A stretch of 64,000 nt of DNA from positions 32,001 through 96,000 of the forward strand of contig CBDCCZ010000049.1 in assembly GCA_965215005.1 (NCBI GenBank), read 5' to 3'. The position numbers and the translations under genes were made by a program. Shown here piece by piece: positions 56,816 to 64,000 of the stretch (within the stretch, counting starts at the first letter, position 1; each line of letters starts with the position of its first letter). Source of the DNA: Kofleriaceae bacterium (lineage in GTDB: Bacteria > Myxococcota_A > Polyangia > Haliangiales > Haliangiaceae). The notes beneath the pieces are model-generated. The model was given only the letters and a program-made list of their open reading frames with translations. It ran no database searches and had not been told where the DNA came from.

Positions 56816-59359
56816 ATGAAGGTCGCATTCACTCACAACCTACGGCTCACCGATTCCGAACAAGAAGCCGAGTTCGATACGGCGGAAACGGTAGACGCCA
56901 TCGCCGCAGCCATCGAGTCGTCTGGTCACGAGGTGGAGAAGATTGAGGTCTCAGGGCCCGCCTCGAACTTGCTCGAGCGCCTCGAGCAACTCGACCCGGA
57001 CATCATCTTCAACACCGCCGAAGGCAGCGGCGGCCGCATGCGAGAGGCGTTCTATCCCGCGTTGTTTGCGGAGCTCGGAGTGCCCTACACGGGCTCGGAC
57101 GCCTACACCAACGCCCTCACCTTGGATAAGTGGCTGACCAAGTTGGTCGTGACCAGCCGCGGCGTCGACACCCCTCGGGCCTGCTTGGTGACCTCCGACT
57201 CGCTCGATCAAGTGATGGAGCGCGGTGTGGGCCTGGCGTTCCCAGTCATCGTCAAACCCAACTACGAAGGCTCGTCGAAAGGCATCGCCGATGATTCGGT
57301 GGTCCATCAGCCACTGCAGCTGCTCGCGGTCTTGAAGAGCGCGTTGCGCGCGTATCCCGACGGGGTCCTGGTCGAAGAATATATCGATGGGATCGACGTG
57401 GCGGTGGGCTACATCGATGGTGTCGGTCACGACGGTGGTCTGCTCATGCCGGTCGAGCGCATCGTCGATCCCAGCGCCGGAGGCGTGAGCATCTACGACT
57501 ATCGGTTGAAGAATCTGGAACCGGGCGAGGTCCAGTTTCGCTGTCCAGCCGTGATTCCTCGAGATGTCGCAGCGCGTCTTCGGCAAGTCTCGCACGATGT
57601 GCTGCGCACCCTCGGCTTGCGCGATTTGGCTCGCATCGACTTTCGCGTGGCCGATGATGGTCGCTTCTATCTGCTCGAGGTCAACGCCCTCCCGGCGCTC
57701 GATCAGCGCTCTTCCGTGTTCGCCGCGACCTCGCAGCTCGGCCTCACTTACAATGGGACCATCGCGGCCATCCTCAACGCAGCTGCGTTGCGCGCCGAAG
57801 TTGCAAGTCCGCGTGAGCTCGGCCTGAGACGGCGGCGGCGACAGGGCCAACCCATTCGCGTCGGCTTCACTTACAACGTGAAACGCGACCGTCCGGAAGC
57901 CGAGAGCGATGAGCAAGCGGAGTGGGATCCACCGGAGACCATCATTGCGATCGCCAACGCGCTCGCGCGCCAGGGACATATCGTCGTGCATCTCGAGGCC
58001 ACGCCAGACTTGCCGCGGGTTTTGGCCGAGGCCGATGTCGACCTCATCTTCAACATTGCCGAAGGTGTCGAAGGGCGGAATCGCGAAGCCCAGGTTCCCG
58101 CGCTGTGCGAGTTGCTCGGCATTCCCTACACCGGCTCCGATAGCGCAACCCTGGCGATCGCCCTCGACAAGGCGCTGTGCAAGAAGGTGCTGATGCAGCA
58201 CGACATCCTCACGCCCAAGTTCCAGGTAATGGAATCGGGGCGTGAGCGGCTGTCTTCCGATTTAGCGTTTCCGTTGATCGTCAAGCCGAATGCCGAGGGC
58301 TCATCGAAAGGCATCGGCTCGACCAACGTCGTCGACAATGAAGAAGAGCTGCGGGCGGCAGTCCGTAGCGTTCTCGATCGCTATCGGCAGCCAGCGATCA
58401 TCGAAGAGTACATCTCCGGGCGCGAGTTCACGGTGGGTCTGCTGGGCAACAAGCGGCCTCGGGTTCTTCCTCCGATGGAGATACGTTTCAAGGATCCCAC
58501 CATCGAGCGGCCAGTGTACGACTACGTGGTCAAGCAAGACTGGGAGCAGCACGTTTGGTACGAGTGTCCCGCCAAGCTTAGTGAAGCGGCGCTCAAGTCG
58601 GTCGAGAAGGTCGCGAGGGCTACGTTCTGGGCGCTCGACTGTCGCGACTTTGCGCGCGTCGACCTGCGGATGGACCATGGCGGCAACATCTACGTCATCG
58701 AGGTCAATCCGCTGCCGGGCCTCACGCCGGACTATTCGGATCTGGTGCTTATCGCCAAGGCCACCGGAATGGACTACGACCAGTTGCTCGCCGAGATCAT
58801 GATCGGCGGGTTGCGCCGGCTCCGCGACAAACGCCGCGAAGAAGAGCGCGAGGCAAAATCCATGGCCTCCAAGTTCAAGAGCGGACAAGCAGGCTCCAGC
58901 TCGCAGACCGAAGATGCCACTGCAAAGATGGTGAAGGCGGCGGAGAAAGCCGAAAAAGCCGCGGAAAAAGCCGAGAAAGCCGCGCGTAAGATCGCCAAGC
59001 TGGCGCGCAAACGCACTCCGACGCCGCGCCCAACCCATGGGCGCAAAGGCATTGCCACCGCCAGCGCCCGCTCGCTCACGCGGGGAAATAGTGAGGTATT
59101 GCCAGCCGCGAACAGCAATGCCGAGGGGCTCCCGAGCGAGGCGGAGAACGCCATCGCCGTGGACACCGGCGAGCGCGGAGCAGTCTCGAACGAGGAAGAA
59201 GTGGGCGTGCCGGCAGAGGCAGCAGCGTCAGATGCGCTCGAGGCGGGTTGCGACGCAGCAAGCGATCAATGCAGCGACGTGGAGACGCATCGCGGCTCTG
59301 GCGCGCACGCGAGCACCGGCCCCATCGTCGGCGCCGAAGTACCTCACACCACTCACTGA
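56816..59359 (+). CDS. Tandem (duplicated) D-Ala-D-Ala-ligase-like ATP-grasp protein with low-complexity tail
   Basis: Two full copies of FNxAEG / PYTGSD / DK / KPNxEGSSKGI / EEYI / R(I/V)D / EVNxLP; start MKVAF at 56816. Confidence 0.85.
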   Translation: MKVAFTHNLRLTDSEQEAEFDTAETVDAIAAAIESSGHEVEKIEVSGPASNLLERLEQLDPDIIFNTAEGSGGRMREAFYPALFAELGVPYTGSDAYTNALTLDKWLTKLVVTSRGVDTPRACLVTSDSLDQVMERGVGLAFPVIVKPNYEGSSKGIADDSVVHQPLQLLAVLKSALRAYPDGVLVEEYIDGIDVAVGYIDGVGHDGGLLMPVERIVDPSAGGVSIYDYRLKNLEPGEVQFRCPAVIPRDVAARLRQVSHDVLRTLGLRDLARIDFRVADDGRFYLLEVNALPALDQRSSVFAATSQLGLTYNGTIAAILNAAALRAEVASPRELGLRRRRRQGQPIRVGFTYNVKRDRPEAESDEQAEWDPPETIIAIANALARQGHIVVHLEATPDLPRVLAEADVDLIFNIAEGVEGRNREAQVPALCELLGIPYTGSDSATLAIALDKALCKKVLMQHDILTPKFQVMESGRERLSSDLAFPLIVKPNAEGSSKGIGSTNVVDNEEELRAAVRSVLDRYRQPAIIEEYISGREFTVGLLGNKRPRVLPPMEIRFKDPTIERPVYDYVVKQDWEQHVWYECPAKLSEAALKSVEKVARATFWALDCRDFARVDLRMDHGGNIYVIEVNPLPGLTPDYSDLVLIAKATGMDYDQLLAEIMIGGLRRLRDKRREEEREAKSMASKFKSGQAGSSSQTEDATAKMVKAAEKAEKAAEKAEKAARKIAKLARKRTPTPRPTHGRKGIATASARSLTRGNSEVLPAANSNAEGLPSEAENAIAVDTGERGAVSNEEEVGVPAEAAASDALEAGCDAASDQCSDVETHRGSGAHASTGPIVGAEVPHTTH

Positions 59360-59393
59360 CCGACGTCGCGCCGGCCTGGGCTAGAGTTGGCGG

Positions 59394-60893
59394 GTGAAAG
59401 TCGGCACGCGCATCACCGCGGCCACGTCGGCATTGGTCGTCGTTACGCTCGGAATTTACGTCTTCCTCGATCTTCGCTCGGCGGCCGCCGAGCGGCGGGT
59501 CGTGGTCGAGCGCCAAGCTCGAGAGGTAGCTGTAACGCTGCGCGCGGGGCTCGAGGCGCGCGGTGTCGAAGTGGCCTTGCAAAGCGCCGAGGAGCTCGGG
59601 CGGCAGATCACCCGCGCCGGCACTCCCTGGCGCGTAGCCCTGTTATCGCGCGGTCTGCTCAAAGAGCCCGCCGAGCCGAGCCGCCGAGCGCAGCTAAAAC
59701 GACTGAAGACAGTCATCGACGTACCTGAGCTTCACCTCGCATCGCAGGACGGCGACACGTTCATCTATACAGTGGCGCTGCGCGTTCCCTCGCTGTCTTC
59801 CCCAGACGGCTTCAGCGTCGCCGGAGCGCTCGAGCTCACCCGCTCCGTCGGCTTCCTCAAGCAGGCCTTGCGGAGTGACCTCTATCAAACACTGACGATC
59901 CTCGCGGTGATGCTCATACTCACAGTCTTGGCCGTTACCTGGCTCACCCGCACCCTCATGACCGCGCCGGTCGAGAAGCTTTTGGCAGGAATCGACGACG
60001 TTGCGCAAGGAGATCTATCCCGCGTTCTATTATCGGAGCGCGATGATGAGATCGGCGCGTTGGCCACGCGGTTCAACGAGATGACGTTTTCCTTGCGCGA
60101 GTCTCGCGCCGAGACCCAGCGACAAAACGAGGCCAAGCTCAAGCTCGAGCAGCGACTGGCGCAAACCGAGAAGCTGGCTACCATCGGCCAGCTCGCCGCC
60201 GAGCTCGCGCACGAGGTAGGAACCCCTCTCAACGTCATTGCAGTACGAGCCAGCTCGCTCAAGAAGAAGAGTCGCGACCCTGAAGCAGTCTCTAAGAACG
60301 CCCGCATCATTGCCGAGCAGTCCGCCCGTATCACTCGCATCATCCAGCGCCTGCTCGACTTCACTCGCCGCAAAGTCGGCGTACTTGAGCAGAATCCGGT
60401 GCAGCTTAACGAGGTCACACTCTCGACGATGGAGCTACTCGAGGCGCAATTCACCGCGAGCAGCATTAAGTCGACCCTCGCCCGCGCCGAGGGACTTCCG
60501 CCGATCCCCGGCGATGCCGACCGCCTGCAACAGGTGCTCCTCAACCTGATACTCAACGCGGTCCAAGCGATGCCCGCTGGCGGTACACTGCGCGTGGAGA
60601 CCGCGGAGGTCCACCGACGACGACCAGGACTCGACAAAGCGCCGGAGCAGACCTGCGTGGTCGTCGAGGTTGCTGACACCGGCGTTGGCATTCCGGCGGA
60701 ACATCGCGACAAGATCTTCGAGCCGTTTTACACCTCCAAGAGCGAGACCGGAGGCACGGGTCTTGGCCTCTCGGTGTGCTTCGGGATCGTCAAGGAGCAC
60801 GATGGCTGGATCGAGCTCAGCGATGTTCCTGGCGGCGGCACCGCGTTTCGCGTCTACCTGCCGACGAGCGAGGCAAAGAGCGACAAAGCCTGA
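59394..60893 (+). CDS. HAMP-domain sensor histidine kinase (NtrB-like)
   Basis: 2 TM segments, HAMP, AHEVGTPLN H-box, NAVQA, DTGVGI, FEPFYTSK, GTGLGL. Confidence 0.93.
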   Translation: MKVGTRITAATSALVVVTLGIYVFLDLRSAAAERRVVVERQAREVAVTLRAGLEARGVEVALQSAEELGRQITRAGTPWRVALLSRGLLKEPAEPSRRAQLKRLKTVIDVPELHLASQDGDTFIYTVALRVPSLSSPDGFSVAGALELTRSVGFLKQALRSDLYQTLTILAVMLILTVLAVTWLTRTLMTAPVEKLLAGIDDVAQGDLSRVLLSERDDEIGALATRFNEMTFSLRESRAETQRQNEAKLKLEQRLAQTEKLATIGQLAAELAHEVGTPLNVIAVRASSLKKKSRDPEAVSKNARIIAEQSARITRIIQRLLDFTRRKVGVLEQNPVQLNEVTLSTMELLEAQFTASSIKSTLARAEGLPPIPGDADRLQQVLLNLILNAVQAMPAGGTLRVETAEVHRRRPGLDKAPEQTCVVVEVADTGVGIPAEHRDKIFEPFYTSKSETGGTGLGLSVCFGIVKEHDGWIELSDVPGGGTAFRVYLPTSEAKSDKA

Positions 60894-60905
60894 TAGGTTT
60901 TCGCT

Positions 60906-62309
60906 GTGTCCGAGACCGAGGCCCTCGACCGCCAGCAACGACAGCGCGCGTTCATTCTCGTCGTCGAAGATGACGACGCGATGCGCGAGCTGTTGGTAGA
61001 GGAGCTCGGCGAGGCAGGATATCGCGTGACTTCGGCCGCGGGCGGTCGCGCCGGCATCGAAGCCGCTCGCGCTGAGCCAGTCGATCTGGTGATTACCGAT
61101 CTGCGGATGCCGGATCTCGACGGCTTCGACCTAATCCGCGATCTCAAGGCGGCACCTGGCTCGCCACACATCATCATGGTCACCGCCTTTGGCTCCATCG
61201 AGACCGCCATCAAGGCGGTGAAGCTTGGAGCCTACGACTACATCACCAAGCCCTTCGAGCTCGAAGAGCTCGTGCTAGCCGCCGACAAAGCCCTCGGCGA
61301 GCGCAAGCTCCGCGCCAAGGTAGAGCAGCTTCAACGGGAGATCGAGAACAAGTACGAGTTCACCAACATCGTTGCTCGCAGCGAAGGCATGCAGGAGGTG
61401 CTGTCGCTGGTTTCCCGCATCGCCGGCTCGACCGCATCGGTGCTGGTTACCGGCGAGAGTGGCACTGGAAAAGAGCTAATCGCCCGCGCCATTCACTACA
61501 ATTCACCGCGCGCCGACGCCGACTTCGTTGCCGTCAATCTTGCGGCCGTGCCCGAGTCCCTCATCGAAAGCGAGCTCTTCGGTCATAAGAAAGGCGCCTT
61601 CACCGACGCTCGTGCCGACCGCATCGGCCTCTTTGAAGAAGCCGATGGCGGCACCATCTTCCTCGACGAGATCGGTGAGCTCGCCTTGCCGCTGCAGGCC
61701 AAGCTACTGCGCGTGTTGCAAGAGCACGAGATACGCGCGCTCGGTTCGACCCACACGCGAAAAGTGGACGTACGGGTCATAGCCGCCACCAACCGCGATC
61801 TGGAGGAGATGATGAGCGGCAACCAGTTCCGCGAGGATCTCTACTATCGCCTCAACGTCATCCAGATCGATCTGCCACCGTTGCGCCAGCGGCCCGACGA
61901 TATCTTGCCGCTCGTCGGATATTTTCTGACCAGCGCCGGTGCCAAGCAGAGCCCATCGCGCACGTTTCATCTGGCCGCCGATGCGCAGCGCGTGCTGCTT
62001 GCCTACCCATGGCCTGGCAACGTCCGCGAGCTGCAAAACGTCATCGAGCGCGGCGTCGCGCTCTGTCAGGATGCAGAGATACGTGTCGATGATCTGCCCA
62101 ATCACGTGCGTGAGCGGAAGGATTCGGACTTTCTCGCCGCCGCCCTCGCCCGCCGCCTCAACCTCTCCGAGCTCGAACGCGAGTACATCGAGCGGGTTCT
62201 AGAAGACGAAGGCGGCAACAAGACCCGTGCCGCACAACGCCTCGGCCTCGACCGCAAGACGCTGTATCGCAAGCTCGAGGAGTACGCCAAGGCCGACGGT
62301 CGAAAATAG
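60906..62309 (+). CDS. sigma54-dependent response regulator (NtrC/AtoC family)
   Basis: Receiver, [35 protein letters not shown], Fis HTH. Confidence 0.95.
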   Translation: MSETEALDRQQRQRAFILVVEDDDAMRELLVEELGEAGYRVTSAAGGRAGIEAARAEPVDLVITDLRMPDLDGFDLIRDLKAAPGSPHIIMVTAFGSIETAIKAVKLGAYDYITKPFELEELVLAADKALGERKLRAKVEQLQREIENKYEFTNIVARSEGMQEVLSLVSRIAGSTASVLVTGESGTGKELIARAIHYNSPRADADFVAVNLAAVPESLIESELFGHKKGAFTDARADRIGLFEEADGGTIFLDEIGELALPLQAKLLRVLQEHEIRALGSTHTRKVDVRVIAATNRDLEEMMSGNQFREDLYYRLNVIQIDLPPLRQRPDDILPLVGYFLTSAGAKQSPSRTFHLAADAQRVLLAYPWPGNVRELQNVIERGVALCQDAEIRVDDLPNHVRERKDSDFLAAALARRLNLSELEREYIERVLEDEGGNKTRAAQRLGLDRKTLYRKLEEYAKADGRK

Positions 62310-62314
62310 CCGGC

Positions 62315-63016
62315 TCAGCGCGCGGCAGGCAACGCGGTGAGCAGCCAGTCACGCAGCCGGCGCAGTCCCAACTCTGTCTTGGCGTCTTCGATGTCGCCGC
62401 GCATGCACCTCTGGATCGCATCTTCGAGCATCAGCCACTCGGTGCTCGCACCCTCCTCGAGCGGCGAGCCATCGCCCCCGAGGGCTTGCTGCACCGCGTC
62501 CGCCTGCACCTCGACCTGAGCGAGCCAAAACTTCTCCGGCATCGAGCCCGGCGTGGGGAACACCGGTCCACCGAGCAGCTCGACCGCGCTGTCGGCCACC
62601 CGATAGCCCGCTTCTTCGAAGACCTCAGCGGCAGCGCGACGGCAAATTCCTTCCTCGCCGTCATCGCCTGCCTCGAGGATTCCGGCGACCAACTCCGTGA
62701 CGAATAAATAATCGCGGCGGTCGGGCAGCGGCAGCTCCGACGGCTGGCGACCTAGTTTGGCGGCTGGCCGCAGCCCATACCGCACCAGCACCTCGACCTC
62801 GTCACCAACCCGGCGCCACACCACCACTACCACCGCATCGAGTCCCACCGGACGCACCACGAAGTCGACCAAGAACCGATCGGATAGGCTCCCGTCGGCG
62901 CGGCGATTGCGCATGCGCAATCTGCGAAGGCTCAAGAAGCCACCGCCTCCCACCAGCTCATCGCTCTCGATCTCGTAGCCAACGACCTCAACGGCTTGCG
63001 GCGCGCGCGTGCTCAT
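62315..63016 (-). CDS. Nudix hydrolase (ADP-ribose pyrophosphatase-like)
   Basis: ELVAGILE...AAAEVFEEAGY Nudix-box variant, TPG, GDIEDAKT. Confidence 0.8.
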   Translation of the reverse strand: MSTRAPQAVEVVGYEIESDELVGGGGFLSLRRLRMRNRRADGSLSDRFLVDFVVRPVGLDAVVVVVWRRVGDEVEVLVRYGLRPAAKLGRQPSELPLPDRRDYLFVTELVAGILEAGDDGEEGICRRAAAEVFEEAGYRVADSAVELLGGPVFPTPGSMPEKFWLAQVEVQADAVQQALGGDGSPLEEGASTEWLMLEDAIQRCMRGDIEDAKTELGLRRLRDWLLTALPAAR

Positions 63017-63044
63017 CCGCTCATCCTACGCCCCGCCACGTCGA

Positions 63045-64000
63045 TCAGCCAGGCAGCTCGCGCAGCGCCTCCGCCACCTCTCGCTGCAGCGCGCGCTCAT
63101 CCTCGGTCGAAAGTGCATCGCCAGCGGAGAACATGCCGAAGAAGAGCATTTCACTCAAGCCGAGCTGGATCATTGTCAGCGGTCGATCGGCGTGCAGTGC
63201 TGATACATTCGCCATCAGCGCCATGGTATCGACCGTGCCGTCTTCGGACATGGTGACGTTTTCGAACAGCGCGCGGTACGGCAGACTATCGCGCAAGTAA
63301 GTCAATAGCTCCTGCCGCAGCGATGCTTGCGCCTCGGGCGGCAACGCCGCAAACAATCGCCGCAGCGCTTCGCTGTACGTGTCGACGATTTGCGCCGCTG
63401 CCTCAAACGTTAGGTCGCGCTCATCCACCGGATGCGGTCGACTGAGCTCCGCGGGGGCCTTGGCCTCTTCATCGATGCGACGCATGCTGTCGAGGAGCAA
63501 CCCCGCGACATCGAGCCGCAACATCGCGGGCACCGCCGCCATGTCGAGTGGAGCCACCAGATGGAACGTGCCGCGTGCGACGCGAACCGCCGACAAGAAG
63601 ATGTCTTCGGCTTGCGCGCGCAGCGCGTCATAGACTTGCGACGTCGACAGACGACCCGCTTTGACCAGCGCTCGCCCGAGGCGCTCCGGGCTGCTGCGAT
63701 GCTGCTCGACTACGTGCTCACAGACCGCCGCCGAGAGCAGACCGCGCGCCACGAGAATCGCGCCGAGGCGATGGCTCACGTTGGTCGACGTGCCCGAGAG
63801 ATACACGCCCGATCGCAAGAACAGCACCCGCTCGTGGCCATCGCCTGACACCGTGAGAGCACCATCCCATCGCGCCATGTGGATGAGGTTTAGGATGCTT
63901 GGCACCACCATCGTGTCTTCGAAGGCGCCGGCCAAGCGAATCAGCCTGCGGTCCGTGGAAACGCGATTCTCACGAACCAGCACCATCATCTCGCCCACGT
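63045..64000 (-). CDS. DUF4388-domain protein, 5' end probably beyond window end
   Basis: ILNLIHMARWDGALTV...RVLFLRSG...HRLGAILV...RLGRALV...LLDSMRRIDE pattern. Confidence 0.65.
   Translation of the reverse strand, partial: VGEMMVLVRENRVSTDRRLIRLAGAFEDTMVVPSILNLIHMARWDGALTVSGDGHERVLFLRSGVYLSGTSTNVSHRLGAILVARGLLSAAVCEHVVEQHRSSPERLGRALVKAGRLSTSQVYDALRAQAEDIFLSAVRVARGTFHLVAPLDMAAVPAMLRLDVAGLLLDSMRRIDEEAKAPAELSRPHPVDERDLTFEAAAQIVDTYSEALRRLFAALPPEAQASLRQELLTYLRDSLPYRALFENVTMSEDGTVDTMALMANVSALHADRPLTMIQLGLSEMLFFGMFSAGDALSTEDERALQREVAEALRELPG

Noticed and set aside
61570..61620. GAFTDA instead of GAFTGA in the enhancer-binding protein
   Set aside because: A common natural variant in this family; not evidence of sigma54 independence.

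Overview
High-GC bacterial chromosome segment, most likely from a myxobacterium (Myxococcota). This is inferred from a DigR-like regulator, DUF4388-type proteins and Cys-rich lipoproteins. About 34 kb (19425-53191, all minus strand) is a translation/transcription supercluster: tRNA Thr-Tyr-Gly-Thr, tuf, tRNA-Trp, secE-nusG-rplKAJL-rpoBC, a hypothetical gene, rpsLG-fusA-tuf, and the S10, spc and alpha operons. rplC (L3), rplX (L24), adk, infA and rpmG are absent from their usual slots. The most striking accessory element is at the left edge, a tightly coupled minus-strand operon behind a sigma54-like promoter. It encodes (i) a cNMP-like / 4x[4Fe-4S] / di-heme-b membrane fusion, (ii) an exported 30-heme c-type cytochrome built from ten triheme repeats, and (iii) an outer-membrane beta-barrel-like protein that is missing from the ORF track and runs off the window. 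Together these form a candidate trans-envelope electron conduit. The rest comprises tRNA-Pro, digR, the galU-egtD-priA-(pseudo-receiver/J-like)-fmt-rsmB-rpe housekeeping cluster, several lipoproteins, amt, a tandem Ddl-like ATP-grasp gene with a two-component system, a Nudix hydrolase and a partial DUF4388 gene. All calls come from reading the sequence; no searches were run.
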